Assembly (NCBI RefSeq): GCF_018350175.1
Contig: NC_058368.1
Coordinates: 148,182,001 to 148,246,000 of the forward strand
Direction: 5' to 3'
DNA length: 64,000 nucleotides
Source: Felis catus
Taxonomy: Eukaryota
Shown here one piece after another: positions 27,133 to 39,565 of this stretch (positions are counted from its first letter, which is position 1; every line of letters starts with the position of its first letter). A program made the translations under genes and the position numbers. Below the pieces are notes generated by a model. The model worked only from the letters and a program-made list of their open reading frames with translations. It was not told where the DNA came from and did no database searches.

Positions 27133-27358
27133 TCTTTCTTTTTTTAAAAAATGTTTATATATTTTTGACAGAGAGAGAGAGAGAGACAGAGCATGAGCGG
27201 GGGAGGTGCAGAGAGAGAAGGAGACACAGAATCCGAAGCAGGCTCTAGGCTCTGAGCTGTCAGCACAGAGCCCGACGCGGGGCTCCAACTCACAGACCAT
27301 GAGATCATGACCTGAGCCGGAGTCGGCGGCTCAACCTAATGAGCCACCCAGGCGCCCC
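27133..27358 (-). mobile_element. Can-SINE with TSD
   Basis: full body; TSD ttac(a/t)ggattt. Confidence 0.96.
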
Positions 27359-28419
27359 ATTACTGGATTTATTACTGTTTTTATTTTTCTATCGTTTGTG
27401 CCTGTTCTGGCCTATGTTTTGCAGGATTCGTCTATAATTCTACCAAATACAGTACTAGGAGAGGCTTATAGTAACATGTTAGAAAATAGATTGCTTGTAT
27501 AAAATATGGCCAAATTTATTAGAAACAAATGACCTCTTTACTTTTCTACTGTTTACTTATTAAAGTTTTGCTATGATCACAAAATATCAACCTGGATTTA
27601 TGAAAATCATGTGATTATTTACATATGGACCTCAATCTCAAATTTACCCACTGTAACTCAAAAATAGGCTTACATACTTCCAGTCCAGAAGCAAAGCAAT
27701 CATGGGCACTTTAATTATCTTCTCATTTCCTCATTACACTGGAGACTGTGCAAAAATAATGATGTAGATCAGGAATCAGCAGAGGGGAGAGTATGTTAGG
27801 GCAGCAGGCTGGTGACTCAGTGCCAATTCCCATAACAAATATGAATTGCATGCTGAGTTTCAAAGAGTGTTGAGGGAGGAAGAGGAAAGGAAAAATGAAG
27901 CTGGAATTTCTTTTAGGGTAAAGACAGGCAAACGGAAAGGAATGCTATCTTTACAGTGACAGCATCAGCTGGCAGGATGTATATATTGACATTTAACCAA
28001 AGAGATCACTGAGAGGTTCAGTGATTTCTGACACTCTTGTACAAATGGTAAAGTGCATAAAAGAGTATAGGCATGGCTGTCGACTAGGTTCCATTTAAGA
28101 TAAATAATTTAGAAAGAGATATATAAATGTTTGAGCAAATGAAAGTTAAAATTCTAAAACCTAGTGCAACCGTTTCTGCATGCATCTCATTTTCCTTGTG
28201 TGCTGTATCCATTCTCTTAACTCTGGACCTTTGAACATACTTCTGTGTAAGATAGTATCTCTTCTCTTTTACCCTTTGATTAATTCATACTTTAGATACT
28301 ACCTTCATTGACACTTTCTCAGGCCACTCTTCAAAGTTCCTTATATTAGGTAAGGTCTCATTGCTATATCAAGTCTCCACTATAACTTCTACTCCTATCT
28401 TAAAATGGCTACAATAACC

Positions 28420-28607
28420 TTCTTTAAAAAAAATAAAAATTTTTGAGAGAGAAAGAGAGAAAGAGAGAGTGTGTGGGAGGTGCATAGGGAGAGGGAGAGA
28501 AAGAATCGGGCACGGAGCCCGACTAGGGCCGATCTCAGGACCTTGAGCTGATGACCTGAGCCAAACTCGAGTCAGAAGCTCAACTAACTGAGCTACCCAG
28601 GTGCCCC
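28420..28607 (-). mobile_element. Can-SINE (diverged, internally deleted)
   Basis: (GA)n, tgacctgagccaaa...actgagctacccaggtgcccc. Confidence 0.88.
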
Positions 28608-31467
28608 AATAATTGTATAGATCTCTCCTTATTAAACATTCCAGGGTCTACTTATGTCTTTAGAAGACTTTGGGGAATTTTTGAATATTGAGAATATATC
28701 TTGATATAAATTTTCATAGACTTAGGGAATTTCTTTAACTTGTAGACGGGAACACTTCAACAGGTTTTGTTTGTTTCCCTAAACAACAACTTTGCCATGA
28801 ATTTTCCAAAAATTTCTAAGGGGTCATATCCTCCAGTCACCATGACAACTCATATAACAAAAGTAGCTGAAGAGGACTGCGATCCTATTTGATCCAGAAA
28901 TGTTTTCACATATTTTGCTCTTCCAAGGTATAAAGTAAAACCAGTAAGATAAGTGCTGTGCTTTGAAGATACCACATTAACTACATTTTATATAATGGGG
29001 AGGCTGATGAATCTGAAACATATAAAGGATCATAAAAAAATTATAGAGCCATGTATGAAAATTATTAAAATAGTAAAAAATCTGTTAGGCAAATTTATGT
29101 ACACACTATATTCCATACCAGGTAACAGGTGAGAGTCGACCCATATTTTTATCACCCTAAGGGTATACTGTAATTCTGTATTAAAATTAAACCTCTGTGA
29201 TTGTTTTTAATTTTAATAATAACACTTAAAAATTTCCATAGACCTGGGCAAAGAGAGATGCCTGTCTTTACTACATGGTTTAAAAGGAGCTGCCTACCTC
29301 AAACACTGAAACCTTTTTTTTTTTTGTCCTTGTGTCCTTATAAAAATGTTTTCTGATTTTTCAGCAATTGTTCACTACGCATTAAATAAAGGAAAAAGGT
29401 GTGTGAGCTAAACATGTTTCTGTTGAGAAGATGTGGGTCTGAGAGTTTACCAGTGTGTGAGTGTGTGTGTGTGTTTGTGTGTGTGTAAGTAGGTGCTGAT
29501 GCCTGGGAAGCAGAAAAGCAAGCTCAGATCTTGGGAAATTCAGCTGCTTTTGTTTTAAGTTGGCCACCAACATCTGTTACAATGTTTGACCAAATAGATA
29601 GCTATGTTTCCTTTCTTCTCTCAGCTCAAATGGTCTTAATTTTAAAGGTTTTCTTAACTGTCTGGAAATCCAGAGCAGTTAAGATTATTCACTGGGATCG
29701 CAAAGCAGTCCAGTCCCCATCCTAGTTCAGGAGTCCTGGACTCAGTTACAGCTTCGTTGTCTCTGGCCTTGGTGGTACCCATGCTTCCTCCCAGTGCTTC
29801 CAACCTCAGGACTGTCCTAGGGGGAAATGTGCCCTGAGTCTTTGGCTTATCCAGGTAAAGGGTATGCGGGTAGTTGAGGGTAGGGCCCATGGCTGGGGAA
29901 TGGGGTGGGGCAAGAAGTATACCTTGTGTTAAAACTTTTAAATATTTATGGGGCTCCATATATAGTACATGTGTATATTGTATATGTATTGTAGCTATAT
30001 ACTTAAAAATAAAAAAAATATGTAAATATAAGTATAAAGTTCCATATATAAATACAGTCAAATATGAAGAATAAAAATTGTTGTTCTCAATGAGTTTGGA
30101 TAAATATCAGAAAACTCTTACAATGACTGGTGAATGAAGGCACAATGGACAGATGGATAGATAGTAGATAAATGGCTGAGTTATGGATAACTCACTTTTC
30201 TTCTTTACATTTCCCTACAATTTTCTGTAATTTAGGCATTGGACAAATAATTTTTAATTTAATTATAAAATCCTTGTAAATATGTAAAAATGCCTACTTA
30301 TCTGATTATAAAATTTAGAATGATATACTTGGTGGCATATAATTAGAAACTTGAAAACACATCCCACTTTTAATACTGAGGGTAAGCAAAGATTTCATTA
30401 ATTGTAATGATACATTGTGACTTCTAAATTATATTGCCCCCTCTCTCTATTCAGTTGGCCAAACCAGGATGGTGTTATTGGAGCTAAAAAATTTCATCTA
30501 ACATCTGGAAATCTTTTCAATACTCAGGGAAAATTAGGGATGTCGACTAAATTATATTGCTTATTTTATGGCAAGTGTTAGGGGTTTCTGAATCTTCAAA
30601 ACAATTCACTAAGTTCAAATGGAATGTATATTTGTTAACAGTAGCCATCTTGAGGGGCTTATGGAATTATGAGGAAATGAAAGCTTAAGTTTCTTACTTA
30701 CCATTAAATACTTAAAGAGCACCAAATTTTGGCTCTATCTTTAGAAAGATAGCATGTGTTACTGTTGTCTATGACGTAGCTTCAATTTAAGAAAATAAAG
30801 TAAAATGTGAACCAATTCTCAATATATTGTTATTTAAGAGTACACTAAAGTATTATTCTACAGAGTTTTTAAGTTAATAAGTCATCCTGGTACCCTCTGA
30901 TACTGAGCTTGTATTCAGATGGTAAAATAATAGGTTTAGAATTATGAAAATGAATGAACTCTGCCAACTTTCCATTCAACTGTTCACTTGGTGGGCATTT
31001 TTCAGTTACTGCATTTGCTTTCTGACTCATCATATTCATGACCATTAGGCACTTCTGAGAGAAAACTTGGGTTGAATAAAAGTATTAGCTTTGCCAATTC
31101 AGTTTTACAACTTCTCTTCTCCATATAAAGATTCAAAACAAACAGGCTAAAGCTGACTTGGCAAAAGGTAGCACTGACTTTGATATTTTTCTGGAGTCAT
31201 TCCTTATCTGTCTATCTGAACCAGCTTAATAGCAATTACATCTGATGGATATCGAGGTTTCCACAAGAGAGAGACACACAGTTAATATCTTTACTACACA
31301 TGAAAAATATGTAATTTTAAAGCCTCTTATGATGTTATTTCAATGTTGGGATTCCCATAGCTGCCACGGAGCCTGTTTAATCTAAAAGTGTATTTCTATC
31401 TGTCACCATGAAGAATTTAGAAGTTTGATTTAAAAATTATTACATACTTTTCAAGAAGAGTTTTCTT

Positions 31468-31699
31468 TTTTTTTTTTATTAAAAAAAATTTTTTTTCAAC
31501 GTTTATTCATTTTTGGGACAGAGAGAGACAGAGCATGAACGGGGGAGGGGCAGAGAGAGAGGGAGACACAGAATCGGAAACAGGCTCCAGGCTCTGAGCC
31601 ATCAGCCCAGAGCCCGACGCGGGGCTCGAACTCACGGACCGCGAGATCGTGACCTGGCTGAAGTCGGACGCTTAACCCACTGCGCCACCCAGGCGCCCC
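31468..31699 (-). mobile_element. young Can-SINE with TSD
   Basis: many intact CpGs; TSD aagaa(g/a)agttttctt at 31453 and 31700. Confidence 0.97.
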
Positions 31700-33847
31700 A
31701 AGAAAAGTTTTCTTAGTTTTGCATTTCTGTCCTATTTCTCTGAGGAACTCCTGCAATGTCACACTTCATTATTTTGGTGAAATTACTAATTAAGTAACAT
31801 GAACTAGGTACTAATGAACTAATGTGAACAAGGTACTATGACAAATATTTGAGACATACAATTAATTATGATTTAGTTCCTGTCATCTAAGAGTTATGGT
31901 CTAAAGCAGAACAAAGAAAGGTAAGTATGCTGGAGCACAGAGAGTTAAATTTTGATTCATTGTACACTTTATAAATGCTAGAAGATTTTATGGGATAGTC
32001 TGATAGCCTTTAATGCCAAGATAAAGTATTTAGCTTGTATTTGCAAGGAGAGGAGATAACTTGAAAGTTCTCAAGCAAAGCAAAACATAATCAGAAGATT
32101 ATGGCTCTTCTGGGAGTAAGGAGGAGGAAAGAATGGTAAATAGAGTAACGATGAGGTTCAATCATTAAAGAAGTTTATTTAATGGACTATGACAATTATA
32201 ACTTATATGCATTAAATTTAAATGATTAATTGTCATCTTTCTCTTTTGCATGATTTTACTTTTACTAGACTTTAAGTTTCTTTTCAAAGGATAATATCCT
32301 TCTGTATTTGCATTTCCAGTAACAATACAGAACCTCACTGAAAGATAATGTCTACAAAATGCTTTTGAACTGAACTAAAGGAGGAAAATAAAAATGTCTC
32401 AAAAATTTGAATTTAAATGAACATAAAGTTTCAAACCATAGCAACAGTCCTAGATAACAAAAGGTAGATCAAGAAAGGAGCATTTGAAAACAAATGGTGC
32501 TTACTCAAATCCCAGTTATGCTTTGTAACTCTGATTTCTTGCCTGTCAACATTATAGGCAATGATTTTTGTGAGCTAAATATGTTGATACATGCCAGATA
32601 CACATACAAGCGTGCACTGGGCACACAGTAGCCCAGTGGTGAATGTGAGATAGAGGTAAGGGAAATATCTGGAGAAAATTTTAAAACAAAAGTAAAACAG
32701 AGTAAAAATTTCCTTTTCTGCTATCACTATGTATGGAAATTCTATGCAATGTCAGTGAGAAAATGTTACTCTTAGCTAGGGAGGATTATCTCATTGCTTC
32801 TTCCCTCACTCATATCATTGTAGTAGTCACTGAATAAATCTTGGGTGAATAAAATTAACTTTTTTTTTCTGGAGAACTAAGAATAAAAATAAGTAAATAA
32901 TGCTGTTTTTAAAAATGATGGTGCTTTCTTCCATTCCCTTTTTTATGGAATTCTAAAATATAATGAGAAGTTGGACAATTATAACTATGAGGCTCAGTGA
33001 TTTGTAACAAAGTAAAAACCTCGTGAAACATCTATTCAGGTGAATACATGGAACATTACCAACCTACCTTGTGCATGCCCCTCTACATCAAAAGCCTTCC
33101 CCTTCTTCCCAGAATTAACCACCATTTAAATTTTTAGTAATATGTTTTGCCCATATATTGACTTTTATTAAAATGAAATTATACACTTTATGTTTTATTT
33201 TCTATCCTTTTATCCTCATTTTTGATGTGGTTCTTTGGCTCAATATATTGTTTTGAGATTCAATCATTTATGTTTGTTTCCATATGTTTCCATATACCTG
33301 TCATTCATACAATTTCTTCATTTCGGTATAGCAATATATAAATACAATGTTAATGGATGCTTGATTTTTTTTTTCAAATTTAAGGCTATAATAAATTATG
33401 CTGCTATAAATACATACACTCATTTTATTGATTATATAACCTAGAGATTGAAAGGCTTGGACCTCAGACCTTGTTTATGTTGAATTTCAGAAAATCAAAC
33501 CAGATTATTTCTCAAAGTAGTTGAATGAATTTATACTCTCAGTAGTACCTGGAAAGTCCTTGTTGCTCCACATTCTCGCCAATAAATGGTATTGTCAGTG
33601 GGTGTGTAGTATTATACTATTGTAGCTTTAATTTGAATTTTCCTAAAGACTGATGGTATTGAGACACTTCACATGTCTATTGGGTATTGCATATTCTCTT
33701 TTTATAATGTTTATGTTCAAATATCTTGGTTGTTTGTCTACCTTTTATTTTTTTATTTTTATTTTATTTTAATTAATTAATTAATTAGTTTGCATTTTAT
33801 TTAATTAATATGCTGGATAGAAATGCCCAAGCCCATTCCTCATGAGC

Positions 33848-34753
33848 TTTTTTTTCTTTTTTTTTTAATTTTTAACTATACTTTTTAAAAATTTCCATCC
33901 ACATTAGTTAGCATTTAGTGCAACAATGATTTCAGAGGATTCCTTGATGCCCCTTACCCACTTAGCCCATCCCCCTCCCACAACCCCTCCAGTAACCCTC
34001 TGTTCTCCATATTTAAGAGTGTCTTGTGTTTTGTCCCCCTCCCTGTTTTTATATTATTTTTGTGTCCCTTCCCTTATGTTCATCTGTGTTGTCTCTTAAA
34101 GTCCTCATATGAGTGAAGTCATATGATATTTGTCTTTCTCTAACTGGCTAATTTCGCTTAGCATAATCCCCTCCATTTCCATCCATGTAGTTGCAAATGG
34201 CAAGATTTCATTCTTTTTGATTGCCGAGCAATACTCCATTGTATATATATATCACATCTTCTTTATCCATTCATCGATTGATAGACATTTGGGCTCTTTC
34301 CATACTTTGGCTATTGTTGATAGTGCTGCTATAAACATGGGGTTACATATGTCCCTTTGAAACAGCACACCTATACCCTTGGATAAATACCTGGTAGAGC
34401 AAGTGCTGGGTCGTAGGGTAGTTCTACTTTTAGTTTTTTGACGAATCTCCATACTGTTTTCCAGAGTGGCTGCACCAGCTTGCATTGCCACCAACAATGC
34501 AAAAGAGATCCTCTTTCTCAGCATCCTCGCCAACATATGTTGTTGCCTGAGTTGTTAATGTTAGCCGTTCTGACAGGTGTAAAGTGCTATGTTATTGTGG
34601 TTTTGATTTGTATTTCCCTGATGATGAGTGGAGCATCATCAAAGATGTGGATTATCTTTTCATGTGTCTGTTCGCCATCTGGATGTCTTCTTTGGAGAAG
34701 TGTCTATTCATGTCTTTTGCCTATTTCTTCACTGGATTATTTGTTTTTTTGTG
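33848..34753 (-). mobile_element. felid-type LINE-1 (L1_Fc-like), 5'-truncated
   Basis: ORF 34252..34536 (...MFIAALSTIAKVWKEPKCLSIDEWIKKM) is the ORF2 C-terminus; 3'UTR ttagttagcatttagtgcaacaatgatttcag; poly(T) at 33848-33866. Confidence 0.95.
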
Positions 34754-34978
34754 TGTCTACCTTTTGATTAGTGATGTGTACAAGGTTTTTTAAGTGAACC
34801 CATTATAGGGCTCTGTGGGTGAAAATATTTTCTTTTACTGTAGGTTCATACCTTTTTACTCTCTTAATAATGATGAACATTGAAATAAATATATTGTATC
34901 AGTCTTTCCTTTACAATAAATGCATTTTTGTTTTGTTTAATAAATTTTAATTCAACATAAAAAATAGTCATTTATGCT

Positions 34979-36560
34979 GTAGTAATCAAAATACTATATA
35001 GTATTGGCACAGAAATAGATATATAGATCATTGGAACAGAACAGAGAGCTCAGAAATAAACTCACAGTTATATGGTCAATTAATCTCTGACAAAGGAGAA
35101 AGTAATATGTAATGGAAAAAAAAAACAGTCTCTTCAACAAATGGTGTTGGGAAACTGGACAGCTACACTGAAAAGAATGAAACTGGACCACTTCCTTTCA
35201 CCATACACAAAAATAAACTCAAAGTGTGTTAAGGACCTAAATGTGAGACATGAAACCAGAAAAATCCTAGAAGAGAACACAGGCAATAATTTCTCTGGCA
35301 TTGGCCATAGTAACTTTTCTAGATATGTTCCCTGAGGTGAGAAAAACAGAAGCAAAAATAAACATTGGGACTTCATAAAAAAAAAAAGCTTCAGTACAGT
35401 AAAGGAAACAATCAATAAAACTCAGGGACAACTTGCTGAATGGGAGAAGGTGTTTTCAAATGATAAATCTGATAAGGAGTTAATATTCAAAATATATAAA
35501 AGAGTTATACAACTCAACACCAAAAACACAAGCATTTCAATTTAAAAATGGCCAGAGGATCTGAATAGAGATTTTTCCAAAGAAGACAGGCTGATGGTCA
35601 GGAGACATGAAAAGATGATCAACATCACTCATCATCAGGGAAATGGAAATTGAAACCACAATGAGATATCACCTTAAACCAGTTAGAAGGGCTAAAATCA
35701 AAATAACAAGAGATAACAAGTTTTGCCAAGGTTGTGGAGAAAAATGCACTCCCATGAATGCTGTTGGTAGGAATGAAAACTAGTGCAGTCGCTATAAAAA
35801 ACAGTATGGGGGTGCCTGGGTGGCGCAGTCGGTTAAGCGTCCGACTTCAGCCAGGTCACGATCTCGCGGTCCGGGAGTTCGAGCCCCGCTCAGGCTCTGG
35901 GCTGATGATGGCTCAGAGCCTGGAGCCTGTTTCCGATTCTGTGTCTCCCTCTCTCTCTGCCCCTCCCCCGTTCATGCTCTGTCTCTCTCTGTCCCAAAAA
36001 TAAATAAACGTTGAAAAAAAAAATTAAAAAAAAAAAACCAAAAACCCAGTATGGAGGTGCCTTAAAAATTTTAAAAAAATAGTGGAATTAATGGATCAAT
36101 ATTTACCTAAAGAAAACAAAAACACTAAATCAAAAAGACATATGTACCCCTATGCTTACTGCACTTTATGCACAATAGCCAAATTATGGAAGTAGCCCAT
36201 GTCTATTGATAGATGAATGGATAAAGAAGAGGTATATTACTCAGCCATAAAAAAGAATGAAACATTGTCATTTGCAACAACATGAATGGATGTAGAGAGT
36301 ATTATGCTAAGTGAAATAAGTCAGTCAGAGAAAGACAAATAGCATATGATTTCACTCATAGGTGGAACTTAAGCCACAAAACAAAGAAAAAAAGAGACAA
36401 ACCAAATGGTTACCAGGGGGAGATTGGGTGAAATAGGTGAAGGATATCACTAATCATGATGAGCACTGAGTAATGTATAGAATTGTTGAATCACTATATT
36501 GCACACCTGAAACTAATATAACACTCTTTGTTAATTATGTTGGATTTAAAATTTTTTAGA
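34979..36560 (+). mobile_element. 5'-truncated carnivore LINE-1
   Basis: ORF 35141..35335 ([24 protein letters not shown]) is ORF2; 3'UTR; TSD-like agt(c/a)atttatgct on both sides. Confidence 0.95.
35809..36045 (+). mobile_element. young Can-SINE nested in L1
   Basis: CpG-rich, long A tail; TSD core cagtatgg on both sides. Confidence 0.97.
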
Positions 36561-37739
36561 AAGTAATTTATGCTATTTTTTAGAAGTTGTAGTGCCTTGC
36601 CTCTCACATTTGGATATACTTCTCTCTAGAACTGATTTTTTTGTATTTGCATATTGATAACTAATTCAAATTTATACCTGTTTATTTTTATACAAAACTG
36701 ACCCAGAGCTATTTTGTTTAAAAGACTGTTCTTTCTGTAATGTCATGCAGTGACATTTTTGTGTCATAACCTATTTTGTATATAAGAGTCTGTAATAACT
36801 GGACTCTCTGCTTTTTGATTAAATTAATTTTCCCAACAAGAAACATACAGTCATGATTACTATCATTCCACACTAATTTTCTTTAGGTAATAGAGTAACA
36901 AGTACAAGTTTTCTACATTATTCTGGATATTTTTCCATTTGGATTTTTTATTTGGACTTTTTTTTTCTATCTTAATAGAGTCTTAGATTTTTTTATGTGT
37001 GTAATTTTTCACTTGTTGTTAGATATGTTCCTAGGTGCTTTTATGCTGTATAAATTATGTTTTTACACTTCCTTCTAGCCAGCAATTTTTAGAAGCATAC
37101 TTCCTAATCCTAACAATTTATCTTATTCTTTTGTACATTTTTCCTTTTATAAAATTATATTACTCCATGGTAATTAGAGTTTTAGATGTGTCTGGCCAAT
37201 TTATATAACTTTTATAATTTTTCTAGATTTATTTCATTAGATAGGATTGCCTGTACAAGTTTGAACAGAGAAATATTATCATTTATGCTAGTCTGTTCTT
37301 AACAATTCTTGAAGAAAAGCCTTTGACATGTCATTTTTATACTGTATATAATGTGACTTTTGTTGCTGTTGTTCATATACAGCATCTGTTTCTAAATTAA
37401 AGACAGACATTAAGGCAGACATTATAACAATATTGACTATTCTGATACAATGGCATGATAGATCTAGTCTTTTTTTTAAATTATAACTCAATTTCTCTTA
37501 GAAATATTTTCAAATTTTCAGTGTCAAACTCTCATCATTGCCAAATCTATCTCTTGGCATTTCATGGTTTTGAAATAATATTAAATGTTATTTCTCAGTT
37601 CAATTTTCATTATTTTTGTAACTAGAATATGGAAATGAAATCAATTTTATACATTAAACTTGTACAGCAAAAATTTGCTGAACTCACAAATTAGCTATAG
37701 TGATAGTTTCTATTACATATGTATATGCATTCACACACA

Positions 37740-37814
37740 TATATACAGATATAGACATAGATATAGATATAGATATAGATATAGATATAGATATAGATAT
37801 AGATGTAGATATAA
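37740..37814. repeat. (TAGATA)n
   Basis: direct reading; explains the RYRYRY ORF. Confidence 0.95.
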
Positions 37815-38984
37815 TATGTATATATTAGGGGAGATATTGAAGTTTGTTCTTGGATGCAACTTTTTAAGGCAGGGGTCGAGAAACCTCTAAGACTAATTTT
37901 TCCCTACACTTGAGGCAATGTTCATCTGAGTTCTCTATGCTATTCTCTCTGTTTTCTGTAGTTTTCCACTCTAAATGGTAGGATCTCAAACTTTTCCTGG
38001 CCCTGTGTGAGTTATGAGAATTACTTCCTGTGTTTCTCTGGATGGCTGTTTCCCTGATATGGGTCAGTTTCTCAAACATGTGCTATGTGAAAACTAGAAA
38101 ATCTCTCTTCTCAGTCCTTTCCTCCAAACCTTTCTCTTTTGGGGCTGCTCTCTCGCCTTGGGTATGCTGCTAATATTCTACTGTAATTCTAATATTCTCC
38201 TATAGTCGCATCCATCCTGCAGATACATCCTGTTTTCTCTCATCAGTCAGGGAAGACAGACCAGACTCCATGGATTCCTCCTCTCTGCACTGTGCCCCCA
38301 GAAATTCTCTTCAGACAGTGTACTAGGGCAATGGTAGTGCTCACCCGTATGATTTCCCCTACATTGTCTCTGATCCAATGTCTGAAAAGCATTGTTTCAT
38401 ATATTTTATCCAGTTAGTTGTTTTAGGCAGAAGGATAAATCCAATCCCTCTTTCTCCATTTGGCGAGAAGCAGAAGTCCCAAACAAATGCATTATTAAAT
38501 ATAACATTTTAAAGGCATGCTATTTATCATGTAGACGATTTTTGTAAATATTTACAAGTATAATATGAACTAAAAGGCAAGTTTTAATAGTTGAAGAAGT
38601 CCCTCTTTATGAAAGTTTCTTTTCTGATTATTTCTGTTAGATGTCAACAAGAATACAATACCTTTCATAAGTTCATTTTGAAATTATGTATCTCTTTATA
38701 TTTACAAAAATGCAAATATTCTGATAAAAAGGTAAACATTTTGCATATATTTTCTTTCAAAATACATGCTCCATAAACAAATTATAAAGCTAAATGTCAT
38801 CATCATTTGGGGAAATGAGCCATCTAACAGCAGTTTAAAATCAATTTACCTTAAGAATATCCTGGTATAATGCTCAGTCCAAAATATTTGCTGATAATAT
38901 CAGTAGGTTCCTATCAATTTGTCCAAATAAAATAATAAAAAAACATGTTGAATTGTCATTAGCCTGTGTCAAGATTAATGATAA

Positions 38985-39203
38985 TTTTTTTTAAAATTTA
39001 ATGTTTATTCAATTTTGAAAAACAGAGAGAGACAGAGTGCAAGCAGGGGTGGGGCGGAGAGAGAGGGGCACACAAAATTCAAAGCAGGCTCCAGGCTCTC
39101 ACCTGTCAGCACAGAGCCTGACATGGGGCTCAAACACACAAACTGCGAGATCACAACCTGAGCCAAAGTCGGATTATTAACCGATTGAGCCACCCAGGCC
39201 CCC
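38985..39203 (-). mobile_element. Can-SINE with TSD
   Basis: full body; TSD atta(a/g)tgataatt. Confidence 0.95.
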
Positions 39204-39565
39204 AAATTAGTGATAATTATTAAATCATTTTTATGGAAACCTTGAGGTAAGTTTTATAATTATTCATATTTTATATAAAAGATAAATTACATTAAAGAAT
39301 TTAAATGATTTGGTCTTTGTTTAAACTCAGATCATTTAACATCAGCATCTATGTTTTTTTTTTGTTTTATTTGTTTTTGTTATTTTCATAGTTTGCTGCC
39401 TTCAGGGACTCTAAACTCAATGTATTCATTAATACAAACTTAAATCACTTATTTATATTTATGTATTTTGATGTTTGATATGATATTTGATCTGACATTT
39501 ATTATTTTCTATATGTGTCATTCCAATAGCTAATTTTGAAAAATTCCTGTTTAAGAGTCTTGAGG

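Larger units (their letters stand above)
32935..38480 (-). mobile_element. old L1ME-like element, internally deleted and interrupted by younger insertions
   Basis: 3'UTR-like 32935-33730; ORF2-like remnants 34770-34960 and 36580-37700; 5' end-like attgtttcatatattttatccagtt...gaagcagaagtcc at 38390-38480. Confidence 0.65.

Noticed and set aside
29654..30061. 135-aa minus-strand ORF
   Set aside because: The N-terminal half is AT-rich low complexity, with no recognisable domain or splice context.
33848..36560. Opposed L1 pieces resembling a twin-priming inversion
   Set aside because: Each piece has its own 3' end, tail and TSD and a different 3'UTR type, so they are independent insertions.
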